Below, piece after piece: positions 9,276 through 18,608 of a stretch of DNA of 41,011 nt. A program made the translations under genes and the position numbers. The notes below the pieces were generated by a model. That model saw nothing but the letters and a program-made list of their open reading frames with translations, did no database searches and was not told where the DNA came from. Position 1 is the stretch's first letter; each line of letters starts with the position of its first letter. The DNA comes from Candidatus Iainarchaeum sp. (GTDB taxonomy: Archaea > Iainarchaeota > Iainarchaeia > Iainarchaeales > GW2011-AR10): positions 1-41,011 of the forward strand of contig JACQJF010000052.1 of assembly GCA_016198165.1 (NCBI GenBank), in the 5' to 3' direction.

Positions 9276-9794
9276 TTATGTTTCTATGTTTCCGGTAATC
9301 GTGACTTCGGCGTCGTTTTTTTCCACTTTCACGCCGGTGATTTTGCCCTTTTCATCCCCCCAGATGGGGAAGCTTCCGAGCGTGCACGTGAAATTAAAGC
9401 CGCTTACCGTGTTGAAATCCTTTGAGCACTCGGTTCCTTCAGGCATCTCATTTCCGCCGTCGCGCTCATCACACGCATAAACGGGTATTCCGAGGGAAAG
9501 GTTGTAGTCAAAAGATATTGTCGCTGGCATGCCGACCGAGGTGATATTGCAGTCTATAAATGTCCGCGCGGGGACGTAGACCCTGATTGTCTGTCGTGTT
9601 TTCTCGCCGCTTAGCGCCACTTCGTTTGCGGTGCTGAGGATTTTTTCCGCTGCAAGCCTTGCCTGGCTGATGCCTGCTATTTCTTTTGCCGTCTTTGCTG
9701 ACAGGTCGACGTTTGGGAGGATTATGACGGTGATGTATAAAAGCATGAGGCTGATTATCAGCAGGTATTCTATGGAGATTTGTCCTTTCCGCAT
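9276..9794 (-). CDS. Class III signal peptide pilin
   Basis: MRKG/QISIEYLL; start at 9794; Cys-containing domain. Confidence 0.85.
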   Translation of the reverse strand: MRKGQISIEYLLIISLMLLYITVIILPNVDLSAKTAKEIAGISQARLAAEKILSTANEVALSGEKTRQTIRVYVPARTFIDCNITSVGMPATISFDYNLSLGIPVYACDERDGGNEMPEGTECSKDFNTVSGFNFTCTLGSFPIWGDEKGKITGVKVEKNDAEVTITGNIET

Positions 9795-9798
9795 TTTT

Positions 9799-10908
9799 TC
9801 AGAACACCACGTTAAGCACAATATCGCCGGTTGCCTGCAGTATGATGTATGCTGCAAGTATTGCGGGCACAAAAGGCGTGCTTTCCTTTATCCTGATTTC
9901 TTTTTCGATAAGCCCCATTGAGGCAAGTTTCTGCAGTTCATTTATCTGTTCAAGCGTCAGGCCGTCTGCCTGTGAGCTTGAAACGATTGTCCTTGCGCTT
10001 GGAGCCAGCATTTCTTTTAGGGCCTCTACATTATTTTCCTTTACGTGCTTTAAAATGCTTTTGATTGAAAGTTTTTGTTCTGTGACCCGGCCGTTTTTTT
10101 CCACGAGCGTGACTGCGGTAATCATGCCTTCCTCAAGCTCATTTACCATGATTTTTTCCCCAAGGCGGGTTCTTGCAAAAAAAAGAAGCTTCACGATTGA
10201 AACAAGTGCTGTTCCGAGCGTGAAAATGAATCCTGCCTCCACAAGCACCGAGTTGTCAAGCAGGAACCCTGTTGCGAAAAGGGCAAGGGAAATTGGCTTG
10301 GAGGTTTTTTTGGCGAAAAAAAACAGGCAAAGCATTGCGGCAATGGCTGCCCAAAAAGGCAGGCCGAGGTTTCTTGCAATCGTGTCTGTTCCTGCTGCGG
10401 CCAGGGCAAAGAAAAAGGACGTAGTGGCTGTTTTTGCGAGTGTTTTTTTCAGCTCGCCTATGGCCTGCGTGTCTTTGGCGGTTTTTTTGAGTGCAATTAG
10501 GGTCCCGAGGGGGAGCATGGCGTAGACGCTGTAAATGAAAAGCGACAGTGAAAAGATTGGCAGGGCCGTGGTTGAAAACAGTTCCCCCTGCAACCCAAGG
10601 AGGTTTCCAATGGCCCTGTGGTTGACGGGGTTGAGGGCTGCAATGCCCGTGAAGAGTTTCACGTCCCCGCCTGCCCAGAAGCCGAGTTTCCAGAGCGCAA
10701 GTGAGCCTGCAAAAGTCGCAGCTGCCGCAAGGAAAGAGTTAATCGCGTACGAACTGTCCCCTGTAGAAACCGAGTAAAACGCGCTTACACCCAACCCAAT
10801 TATTATCATGCCATAGGAAACCCAGTCCGAGACGATTCTTTCCCGCAGGTCAGTGTAGGTTGCAATCAGCAAGCCGGCAAGTGTTATAGTGAAGAGTAAA
10901 AGTTCCAT
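9799..10908 (-). CDS. Prepilin peptidase (A24), EppA-like long form
   Basis: ATYTDLRERIVSD, WAGGDVKLF (GxGD), extra TM helices, ELEEGMI, PFVPAI. Confidence 0.9.
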   Translation of the reverse strand: MELLLFTITLAGLLIATYTDLRERIVSDWVSYGMIIIGLGVSAFYSVSTGDSSYAINSFLAAAATFAGSLALWKLGFWAGGDVKLFTGIAALNPVNHRAIGNLLGLQGELFSTTALPIFSLSLFIYSVYAMLPLGTLIALKKTAKDTQAIGELKKTLAKTATTSFFFALAAAGTDTIARNLGLPFWAAIAAMLCLFFFAKKTSKPISLALFATGFLLDNSVLVEAGFIFTLGTALVSIVKLLFFARTRLGEKIMVNELEEGMITAVTLVEKNGRVTEQKLSIKSILKHVKENNVEALKEMLAPSARTIVSSSQADGLTLEQINELQKLASMGLIEKEIRIKESTPFVPAILAAYIILQATGDIVLNVVF

Positions 10909-11064
10909 AATTTTTCAACTTATTTATTCTTTGGCCGCAAGCTTTTAATTCATGAACGGAGAGCGGGAACTGTTTTTTCCCTGGCCAGACGTTTCAAAAA
11001 TCAGTTGTTCAATCCTTTTGCCCCTGGAAAGAAATCACGCGTTAAAAATGCTATGCGTAATTTA

Positions 11065-11352
11065 TTAATCTGCGTTTGGGGGTGTGCAAAGTGATTGTGC
11101 TTCCACTTCGCATGCGTTTGTAGTTATGGGCCAGACACAATCACATGACGTTGAACCGACAACTACTTCGGAGTTCCCGCACGCCGCTTGGGTCTTGAAG
11201 CCGGCGCATAATGCTTTGATTGCGTTGTATTCTGTCTGTTTTCCGCTTGCAGAGCCGACACTTGTTATTATCGTTATTACAATGACTGCGACGAGTATTG
11301 CTCCGCCGATAAGCAAGAGGTACTCAAGTGCTCCTTGTCCTTTTTTGTTCAA
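11065..11352 (-). CDS. Probable major pilin, paralog 1
   Basis: KKG/QGALEYLLLIGG; short Cys-rich head; paralogous to 11713-11994. Confidence 0.9.
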   Translation of the reverse strand: MNKKGQGALEYLLLIGGAILVAVIVITIITSVGSASGKQTEYNAIKALCAGFKTQAACGNSEVVVGSTSCDCVWPITTNACEVEAQSLCTPPNAD

Positions 11353-11452
11353 AATTCAACGCCTCTTTTCTTGTAGTATAATGGACAATTGTGGTATAAA
11401 AACCTGCCTGATTTACCTTACAGTTTTTTTTAGTTGCTCCCAAAGATTGGTG

Positions 11453-11620
11453 TCAGGTCATTATCGCTTCTATTGTGGATGCCCTGTTGTCGAGTATTTT
11501 TGTTTTCACTACAAGTGTGATATTGACAACCTGCAGAGCGACTATGATTACAGCCGCGATTAATATGAGCACGAATGAAAGGGTCAATAGGTATTCAAAT
11601 GAAACTTGTCCGCGCGGCAT
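11453..11620 (-). CDS. Minimal 55-aa pilin, absent from the ORF track
   Basis: Manual translation: MPRG/QVSFEYLLTLSFVLILIAAVIIVALQVVNITLVVKTKILDNRASTIEAIMT*. Confidence 0.85.
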   Translation of the reverse strand: MPRGQVSFEYLLTLSFVLILIAAVIIVALQVVNITLVVKTKILDNRASTIEAIMT

Positions 11621-11712
11621 TTTTTTTCACCAAAAAAAGAAAAAAAGAAAAGGAAGAAATTTTTTCCAAGGGTTTTTTTCTTCCAATATTTCGCTATGAA
11701 TAAATTTTTTTA

Positions 11713-11994
11713 TTAGTCGCCTGCTACACAACTTGCTTGTGGTGTTTCCACGGCGCAAGAAGTGGTCCATATGCAGTCACAAGATGTACTCCCAACTAGT
11801 ACTTCTGCGGCTGTGCAGTTTGCTTGGGTTGCTTTTGAAGCGCATATTCCGCTGATTGCGTTGTATTCTGTCTGTTTTCCGCTTGAGCCTCCCACCTGTG
11901 ATAGTATTGTTATTACTACGACTGCGACTAGGATTGCCCCTCCTATCAGGAGGAGGTATTCTAGTGCTCCTTGTCCTTTTTTGTTCAAATTCAA
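11713..11994 (-). CDS. Probable major pilin, paralog 2
   Basis: KKG/QGALEYLLLIGG; GGAGG-like RBS upstream; Cys-rich head. Confidence 0.9.
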   Translation of the reverse strand: MNLNKKGQGALEYLLLIGGAILVAVVVITILSQVGGSSGKQTEYNAISGICASKATQANCTAAEVLVGSTSCDCIWTTSCAVETPQASCVAGD

Positions 11995-12092
11995 AACCTC
12001 CCTTTTTCACCTTTTTTTTTGAAGCTTATTTTTTAACCGATAAGCTTGAATTGATGATAAACATGGTTTTTCAAACTATTATTTAAGTCTTT

Positions 12093-12341
12093 TCATTCGC
12101 CGACTTTTTCGGTTGTCTGCTCTATGCCTGTCCTGACTTCCCCTTGCTGGGTGTTGAAGATGTTTTTAAGCGTGATGCCGACAATCATTGCAAGGACAAC
12201 CGCGCCACCGATTAGCAAGAGGGTTTCGACGCTTGCCTGGGCTCTTTTTCCAAGCGGGCCCTTGCGCGAGCCCGCGGCGCGTACATGCCCTGTTTTCAAC
12301 AGGGCGGTAGTATTGTTTTCCATGCCGTCACCAAATTTCAT
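12093..12341 (-). CDS. Short pilin
   Basis: KRA/QASVETLLLIGG. Confidence 0.8.
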   Translation of the reverse strand: MKFGDGMENNTTALLKTGHVRAAGSRKGPLGKRAQASVETLLLIGGAVVLAMIVGITLKNIFNTQQGEVRTGIEQTTEKVGE

Positions 12342-13285
12342 GCCCCGCCTACAAGTGCCTTTGAAAGGACGCTTGAAGCCGTGTAGGACAGGATTGCAAT
12401 AAACAGTATGATTGGGAAGTATATAATGGTTTTGGAGAGCCTTCCTTCCCTCATGAGCGCCATCATTGCGCTTGCGGCTATTACCTGTGCAACCATGTAA
12501 AACTGCACCCCCAGGTTAATCGTCTCGGCGGCCTTTTGTGCGGCAAGTTTTTCCTCCGGCTTTCCAATGGATGCCGCGGCGTTGATGAGGACGTTGCTTA
12601 TCGTGCCTACGAAACCGAAAATCATTGGAGCCACCACCCCGCCGGCTGCGGTCATGAAAATCACTTGGAGCAGTGTCCTTGTTTTCCTTTCCCTGCCAAT
12701 CTTGTGGGTTTCCCGGACATCGTCGCTGATTTCATCGAGTATTTCCGCAAGCCCCGCCCCTGCCTTGATGGAGTCGATTATTATGGTCACGGTCCTGTTT
12801 ATTATGCGGGAGTCAACGTTGTCCGAAAGGGTCGTCAGGGCGTTTGAAAAATTCTCTCCCTCTTCGAGTTTTCTCAGTATCTCGATGAGTTCTTTTTTGA
12901 GCGGCCCGTACTCGGAGTATGCCACTTCGCGCAGGGCAAACTCGATTGTCCCGCCGCTCTTGAGCGTGTCAGACATCTGCTTTAGGGCATCCGGTAGGTT
13001 TTCCTCTATGCTGTCTACCCTTTGCACTGCTTTTATGTAAGGGTATCCAAGCAGCAGGTCAAGGATGACGATTGTCGTCCCAAAGCCGATGAGCAAAAAC
13101 CCGGGGAGGTAAAAATAGAACATGGCTCCCGCAACCGCGGCTAAAGCCAGGCTTAGCGCTATCCAGATGACCGCGTCTATTTCCAGTTCTATCTGGTCAA
13201 ACATTCTCTGGTACTTTTTCAACGCCCCAATCCGGTTCAAGAACGGGGCCCTGTATGCGAGGTTTAGTGACATTTTTTTTTTCAC
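12338..13285 (-). CDS. Type IV pilus platform protein (T2SS-F/TadC-like)
   Basis: IEENLPDALKQMSDTLKSG...YGPL...GAGLAEIL. Confidence 0.9.
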   Translation of the reverse strand: MKKKMSLNLAYRAPFLNRIGALKKYQRMFDQIELEIDAVIWIALSLALAAVAGAMFYFYLPGFLLIGFGTTIVILDLLLGYPYIKAVQRVDSIEENLPDALKQMSDTLKSGGTIEFALREVAYSEYGPLKKELIEILRKLEEGENFSNALTTLSDNVDSRIINRTVTIIIDSIKAGAGLAEILDEISDDVRETHKIGRERKTRTLLQVIFMTAAGGVVAPMIFGFVGTISNVLINAAASIGKPEEKLAAQKAAETINLGVQFYMVAQVIAASAMMALMREGRLSKTIIYFPIILFIAILSYTASSVLSKALVGGA

Positions 13286-14451
13286 ACGCTTGGCTGTATT
13301 GATTTTATGTAATAAATGAGAAACCCTAGGATTCCCGGGAATATCATGGTATATAATGCAAGGATTATTGATGGCGGCATGCTGACACTTGCAATCGGCA
13401 GTCCAAGCGGCGCGTTGAGGATTGTCCCGATTATTGCAATGAATACGGGGATGACGATGGCGCCGAAAATGAATATTACCCCGAAAAAGTTCATTTTTTC
13501 GGCAAAGTCACGGATGCTCAGCTGCAAGTCAAATGACACGTCTTCTGCTATTTCGTTCATGACGTTTGAAAGCTTTCCGCCGGTCTTTAGGGCCCTGATG
13601 ATGTGGAACAAGGCGTTTCGCAGTGACTTTGACTGTGTGCGCAGGGCAAAGTGGCGCAGTGCCTCTTCAGTCCCGGTGCCCTCCTCGATTTCGTTGATTG
13701 TCCTTGCGAACTCCACTGACAACAACCCATAGTTGCTTGAGGCGATTGTTTCAAGTGTCTTGTAGAGGCTTATGCCGGCTCGAAGCTCGGTTGACATGTG
13801 GCGAAGCGCAAACGGGAGTTCCCTGCTTATTTCTTTCCCGCGTTTTTGTGCAATGCTTTTCGGAATCATTAGCACCATTATCAGCGTGAGGAAAAACATT
13901 CCAATGCCTATCGCAAAAGCCAGTGCGATGTCGAATTTGAGTGCAATGCTTGCCACAATTCCAATTGCCGTGGAAACAACAAACGCGAGGCCTGCAATCG
14001 TTACCGAGAGCGCAAGGTACTGCCTTGCGGAATAGTTTACGTTTGCACTGTACAGGTAAAACGCGAGTTCCTTTGAAATGGGGAACCTTTTAACCCCGCT
14101 GATTAATGGTTCAAGGAGGAGCCGTGTTGACAAAAAAATCCTTCCAAGCGTGCTTACAAGCGGGGATTTTATCTCTATGAGCTCTTCAACCGGTTGTGTC
14201 GAGACTTTGACGCTTTCTGTTCCGCTGACCATTCCGCGCAGTTCGTAAATGCTTTCTTTTGCCGGCTCCTGGGCTCTTCCTTCTTCGCGGTATTTTTTCT
14301 TCATTTCGGAGACAATCTTGTCCACTGTTTTTGGGTCAATCCTTAACTGTTCCTCCTGCTGTTCTTTTTTCTGTTTTTTTGATTCCTCGATTTTTTTCCT
14401 GATGTCTTCAAAATTCATTTTTTTTTCAGCCTGTTGGTTTTTCCTTGTCAA
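13282..14451 (-). CDS. Type IV pilus platform protein (T2SS-F/TadB-like)
   Basis: ISRELPFALRHMSTELRAG...YGLLS...LKTGGKLS. Confidence 0.9.
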   Translation of the reverse strand: MTRKNQQAEKKMNFEDIRKKIEESKKQKKEQQEEQLRIDPKTVDKIVSEMKKKYREEGRAQEPAKESIYELRGMVSGTESVKVSTQPVEELIEIKSPLVSTLGRIFLSTRLLLEPLISGVKRFPISKELAFYLYSANVNYSARQYLALSVTIAGLAFVVSTAIGIVASIALKFDIALAFAIGIGMFFLTLIMVLMIPKSIAQKRGKEISRELPFALRHMSTELRAGISLYKTLETIASSNYGLLSVEFARTINEIEEGTGTEEALRHFALRTQSKSLRNALFHIIRALKTGGKLSNVMNEIAEDVSFDLQLSIRDFAEKMNFFGVIFIFGAIVIPVFIAIIGTILNAPLGLPIASVSMPPSIILALYTMIFPGILGFLIYYIKSIQPSV

Positions 14452-16132
14452 TAAAATCGAGGCACATTTGTGTCACCTTGTCCATTGCGTGCGTTTCGTT
14501 GTCTATAAGTTCCTTGAGGAATTTTTCCCTTTTCTTTATTTCTTTTTCCACGCTGTCAACCGTTTTTCCGGAAAATATCGCAACCGCCTTGAGGTACTCT
14601 GAAGAGTTTTTTGTCCTTGAAATCGAGTCGCTTGCAGGGTCATACTGGAATATGGCCACTGTCTTGGTTTTCCCTTCAAGGCTTCCGGCGACTTCGGCTA
14701 TTTCCGTTACCCTGCGTATTGTCCCTTTTTTCTTGTCATGCAGCCTGTGTTCAACGAGGATGAAATCAAGCCCGCTGAGCATGACTTCTGGCACGTTCAT
14801 GGGCGGTGAAACCACTCTCACCACGGTTTCTCTTGGGGAGTTGGCGTGTATGGTGCCAAGGCAACCGGAATGACCCGTGTTAATTGCCGTGAAAAACGTG
14901 AAGGCCTCTGCGTGCCGTATTTCCCCGACGATTATCCTATCGGGCCTCATCCTCAGAGAGTTTTTTGTGAGAATGTCAAGTGTTATTTCCCCCTTGCCTT
15001 CAAGCCCGGGTGGTTTTCCCTCAAGCCTTATCCAGTGTTTTAACGGCAGGTTGAGTTCAGCGGTGTCTTCAATGCTTATTATCCTCTCATAGGGCGGGAT
15101 GAATGCAGCCAGGGCATTGAGGCTTGTGGTTTTTCCACTCCCCGTGCCCCCTGAAATCAGTATGTTTGCGGGTTTTACATTGAGTCCTTCCACGCAGAGC
15201 CACAGGAATGCCCCGACTTCCGTGTTTATAGTGTTTGAGGTTATGAGGTCAATTATGCTGTAGGGGTCTTTGCGGAATTTCCTGATTGTGAGTGTCGAGC
15301 CGTCAACTGACGCGGGTTCAACGGTCGCGTTCACCCGGCTCCCGTCAGCCAGCCGCGCGTCAAGCATTGGGGAGCTTATGTCCACGCGCCTTCCCACGAG
15401 CCTGGCAATCCTATTGACGAGGTCTATTATTTCCTGGTCCGAGTAGAACTCGATGTTTGTGGTCATCATTTCGTATTGCCTGTGGAAAATGTAAACAGGT
15501 TTTTTCGGGCCGATTACCATTATTTCCTCTATTTTGTCGTCGTTTACAAGCGGGTCTATCAGGCCGTATCCGACCATTTCGCGGACCACGGATTCCGCGT
15601 AAAATTCCCACCTGTGCTGGGGTATTCCAAGTTGTGGAGAGTTTTGTAGTATTTCGATTACTTTTTGGTAGTAGACGTTCCGCCTTTCCTGCTGGTCGCG
15701 TATCTTGAAAGGCGCAATTGTAATGAGGCGCGTGGCGGCTTCCTTTATAGTGTTGATTATCGCTTTTTCCGCGGCGGTGGGCCTTGGGACAGGGGTCGTG
15801 TATTCGGGGATGAATTCGCCCTGTACCGTGTATATTTTTGCGTTTCCATAGGACGTGACCAGTTTTTTCTTCCGGTTGTCCTTTTCCTGCTCCCGTGCCT
15901 CTTCAACCTGGCCCTGGGTTAGTGTTTCTGCGGCACCTGTCTTTTGTGCAGGTTTTGGCTCTTCAGCCTTTTTGAAGATTTTTTGCTCTTTTTCGCCTTT
16001 TTTTTCCTTGGAAAAAATTTCAGGGATTTTTTCTTCTTCCGGTTCCACTGGTTTGGGTTCGCCTGCTTCCTGTTCTGCAAGCCTTTTTTTCTTTTTTATC
16101 TTTTCAATCATTTCATCCATGTAATTAGGCAT
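14426..16132 (-). CDS. Type IV pilus assembly ATPase (VirB11/TadA/CpaF family)
   Basis: GGTGSGKTT, IEDTAEL, LRMRPDRIIVGEIR, NTGHSG...TIHA; start uncertain. Confidence 0.95.
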   Translation of the reverse strand: MPNYMDEMIEKIKKKKRLAEQEAGEPKPVEPEEEKIPEIFSKEKKGEKEQKIFKKAEEPKPAQKTGAAETLTQGQVEEAREQEKDNRKKKLVTSYGNAKIYTVQGEFIPEYTTPVPRPTAAEKAIINTIKEAATRLITIAPFKIRDQQERRNVYYQKVIEILQNSPQLGIPQHRWEFYAESVVREMVGYGLIDPLVNDDKIEEIMVIGPKKPVYIFHRQYEMMTTNIEFYSDQEIIDLVNRIARLVGRRVDISSPMLDARLADGSRVNATVEPASVDGSTLTIRKFRKDPYSIIDLITSNTINTEVGAFLWLCVEGLNVKPANILISGGTGSGKTTSLNALAAFIPPYERIISIEDTAELNLPLKHWIRLEGKPPGLEGKGEITLDILTKNSLRMRPDRIIVGEIRHAEAFTFFTAINTGHSGCLGTIHANSPRETVVRVVSPPMNVPEVMLSGLDFILVEHRLHDKKKGTIRRVTEIAEVAGSLEGKTKTVAIFQYDPASDSISRTKNSSEYLKAVAIFSGKTVDSVEKEIKKREKFLKELIDNETHAMDKVTQMCLDFIDKEKPTG

Positions 16133-16174
16133 AAACGCGTCTAAGATTAGACGCAATTATGATATTTAATAATA

Positions 16175-16312
16175 GCGGGGCCCGTGCAGGGCTCGTACCC
16201 TGCCGGGCACAAGCGACGCGTGCGGCCTAGCGGCCCTACTTGCCTTGCGGCAAAATCGCCTTTGCGTGGGCCCGCGGCGCGTATGTGTCTCCTCTTCGGG
16301 GAGACTGTAATA
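16175..16312 (-). repeat. Structured repeat copy A: TATTAC-hairpin-ACATACGCG plus a multi-stem domain
   Basis: Minus strand TATTACA-GTCTCCCC GAA GAGGAGAC-ACATACGCGCCG, then a GC-rich multibranch fold closed by GGGCCC/GGGCCC. Confidence 0.65.
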
Positions 16313-16380
16313 CATTTCTATTGAACCGCCGCCAAGTAGATGAGTAAATTTTTTTTATAGTAATCCAAAATTATATACTC

Positions 16381-16440
16381 TATTACCGCCCCATTGAAAA
16401 TGGGGCACATATGCGGCGCGTGTGCCCCGCAGGGTATAAA
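16381..16440 (+). repeat. Structured repeat copy B
   Basis: TATTACC-GCCCCATT GAA AATGGGGC-ACATATGCGGCG-C-GTGTGCCC CGCA GGGTAT. Confidence 0.7.
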
Positions 16441-16457
16441 CTCCAGCAAGGGTTTTT

Positions 16458-18353
16458 TTATTGGCCGTTGAATTGTTCCAGGAAATCCTGCAACTTGACG
16501 TTAAAACTGACCTGGGCGAATCTGTCGCGCACTGCAATCGTCCCATTTTTCTCCTCTTTTTCGCCAAGGGTAAGGATGAATGGCGTTTTTTGGAGTTGTG
16601 CGTTGCGGACCTTGTATGCAACGGTTTCGTTTGACAGGTCAAGTTCCGTCCTGATGCCTGCTTTGGAGAGCTGTGCGTGGATTTTTCTTGCATAATCCGC
16701 GTGCTTTTCGCTCACGGGAAAAAGAACTGCCTGTACGGGGGCAAGCCAAGTGGGGAAGCTTCCGCCGAAGTGCTCCACGAGGATTCCAATGAATCTTTCA
16801 AGCGAGCCATAAATCGCCCTGTGCACGATGACCGGGGTTTCTTTTTTGTCCTCGGAATTGATGAAGTAAATCCCGAATTTTTCGGGCATTGAAAAATCCA
16901 CCTGGATTGTGCCGACCTGCCAGTTCCTCCTCAAAGAATCCGTTATGTGGAAGTCTATTTTGGGGCCGTAGAATGCGCCGTCGCCGCTGTTTACCTTGTA
17001 ATTGATTTTTTTTTCCTTGAGCGCGTCTTCAAGGGCGCGTGTCGCGTTCTCCCAGATTTCCTTTGACCCCATTGCCTTTTCCGGGCGCGTGGACAACTCC
17101 ACTCTGTACTCGAACCCGAATTTGTTGTAGATTGTCGTGGTGAGGTCAATCACGTCGACCAGTTCTTTGCGCAGCTGCCCGTGGCTTGCGAAAATGTGTG
17201 CGTCATCCTGTGTGAATTTCCTGACCCTGAACAGGCCGTTGAGGACTCCTGACAGTTCGTGGCGGTGGACGGTTCCAAACTCCGCAATCCTTAGTGGCAA
17301 TTCCCGGTATGACCTTCTTTTTTCCCCGAAGATGAGTATGTGCCCGGGGCAGTTCATCGGCTTGACCGCAAAGTCTTCCTCGTCTATTTCGACAAAGTAC
17401 ATGTTTTCCTTGTAGTGTTCAAAGTGCCCTGATTGTTCCCACAGTTTTTTCTTCATTATCATGGGCGTGATTACTTCAAGGTAGTTTCTTTTTTCTTGTT
17501 CCCTGCGCAAAAACTCCATTAGCTTGTTGTAAATCACCGTTCCCTTCGGGTGGAAAAATACCGTGCCTGGTGCTTCCTCGTGCATTGAGAACAGGTCAAG
17601 TTCTTTTCCGAGTTTGAGGTGAGAGTTTTCAGCGGCCTTTTTCTGCATCTCCAAATACTCGTCGAGCATTTTTTTTTCAGGGAACGCTATGCCGTAGATT
17701 CTCTGAAGCGACTTGTTTTTCTGGTCCCCCCGCCAGTAGGCCCCGGATGTCTTGAGTATTTTCACTGCCTTTATCTTCCCGGTTTCGCTCACGTGGCCGC
17801 CCTTGCACAGGTCGGCGAATTTTCCAGTGAAGTAAACAGTCAGTGTTTTTCCCGCTCCTGTGAATTCTTCTATTAGCTCTTTTTTGTACGGGTTTTTTTC
17901 AAACAGCCTGATTGCGTCTTTTTTTTCGAGTTTTTTCCCGTGCACTTTTTCCTTGCGCGAGATTATTTCAATCATTTTTTTCTCTATTTTTTCAAGATCC
18001 TCTTTCGTGAACGGGTGTGAAACGTCAAAGTCGAAGTAGAAACCTTCGTCTATTGGTGGCCCGATTGCGGGCAATGCGTCTGGAAATACTTCCTGCACTG
18101 CTTCGTTGAGCACGTGTGCGGCCGTGTGCCAGAGGGCTTTTTTTCCCTCAGCGTCATTCCACGTTAGGATGCGGAAATTTCCGGATTCTTCAAGCGGTGC
18201 GTCAAGCTCGATTGTCCGTTCGCCCAGTTTTACCGCCAGTGCGTCGCGTGCGAGCCGCTCGCCGATGCTTGCTGCAACTTCAAGCCCCGTCGCCCCTTTG
18301 CGGAACTCTTTTTTCTTCCCGTCGGGAAAAACGAGGGTTATCTTATCAAACAT
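16458..18353 (-). CDS. thrS: Threonyl-tRNA synthetase, bacterial type
   Basis: TGS domain, WHTAAH/DLCKGGH editing domain, KPMNCPGH, RVRKFTQDDAH, AFYGPKID, HRAIYGSLERF; ATG at 18353. Confidence 0.97.
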   Translation of the reverse strand: MFDKITLVFPDGKKKEFRKGATGLEVAASIGERLARDALAVKLGERTIELDAPLEESGNFRILTWNDAEGKKALWHTAAHVLNEAVQEVFPDALPAIGPPIDEGFYFDFDVSHPFTKEDLEKIEKKMIEIISRKEKVHGKKLEKKDAIRLFEKNPYKKELIEEFTGAGKTLTVYFTGKFADLCKGGHVSETGKIKAVKILKTSGAYWRGDQKNKSLQRIYGIAFPEKKMLDEYLEMQKKAAENSHLKLGKELDLFSMHEEAPGTVFFHPKGTVIYNKLMEFLRREQEKRNYLEVITPMIMKKKLWEQSGHFEHYKENMYFVEIDEEDFAVKPMNCPGHILIFGEKRRSYRELPLRIAEFGTVHRHELSGVLNGLFRVRKFTQDDAHIFASHGQLRKELVDVIDLTTTIYNKFGFEYRVELSTRPEKAMGSKEIWENATRALEDALKEKKINYKVNSGDGAFYGPKIDFHITDSLRRNWQVGTIQVDFSMPEKFGIYFINSEDKKETPVIVHRAIYGSLERFIGILVEHFGGSFPTWLAPVQAVLFPVSEKHADYARKIHAQLSKAGIRTELDLSNETVAYKVRNAQLQKTPFILTLGEKEEKNGTIAVRDRFAQVSFNVKLQDFLEQFNGQ

Positions 18354-18412
18354 GGGAAATCCACAAAGATTATAACAAACCAAAAAAATAATTCGGCAAA
18401 TTTTTCATGGTT

Positions 18413-18465
18413 CCTTGCAAATGCTTTTGCATTTGCGAGGCCTCGCAAAGCTTCGCTTTGCAAGG
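18413..18465. repeat. Double-hairpin/cruciform palindrome
   Basis: CCTTGCAAATGC TTTT GCATTTGCGAGG | CCTCGCAAAGC TTC GCTTTGCAAGG. Confidence 0.8.
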
Positions 18466-18608
18466 TGTTATCTGTCAAACCATGCTAATATGCCTAAAAT
18501 ATTTTCATGGTTTGACATATTTTAAGCAAAAAAGCGTATAAAAACCATGCCTTTTTTTCCCTTTTCCAAAGGCAAAGTTAATAACTCGGCTTGAAGTTAT
18601 TTTTTCTT

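Noticed and set aside
12022-12047. AAGCTTAT...ATAAGCTT inverted repeat upstream of the major pilin
   Set aside because: Single short AT-rich instance, unrelated to the 16-bp operator; may be chance
12338-16132. Archaellum (motility) operon
   Set aside because: No flaH/arlH, flaF/G or archaellin-like genes; two platform proteins and QxSxE pilins indicate a pilus
16175-16275. tRNA, SRP RNA or RNase P RNA gene
   Set aside because: The T-arm-like hairpin has a TACGAG loop rather than TTCRA, there is no D-arm or anticodon geometry, and SRP helix 8 and RNase P GAGGAAAGTCC motifs are absent
16312-16410. Replication origin with ORB elements
   Set aside because: CCATTGAAAATGGGG only loosely resembles an ORB, it is the variable stem of the repeat family, and no cdc6/orc1 gene is nearby
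16381-16440. Group II intron domain V or a known self-cleaving ribozyme
   Set aside because: The reverse-strand CGCCGCATATG lacks the complementary 3' arm of domain V, and no hammerhead, HDV or twister core is visible
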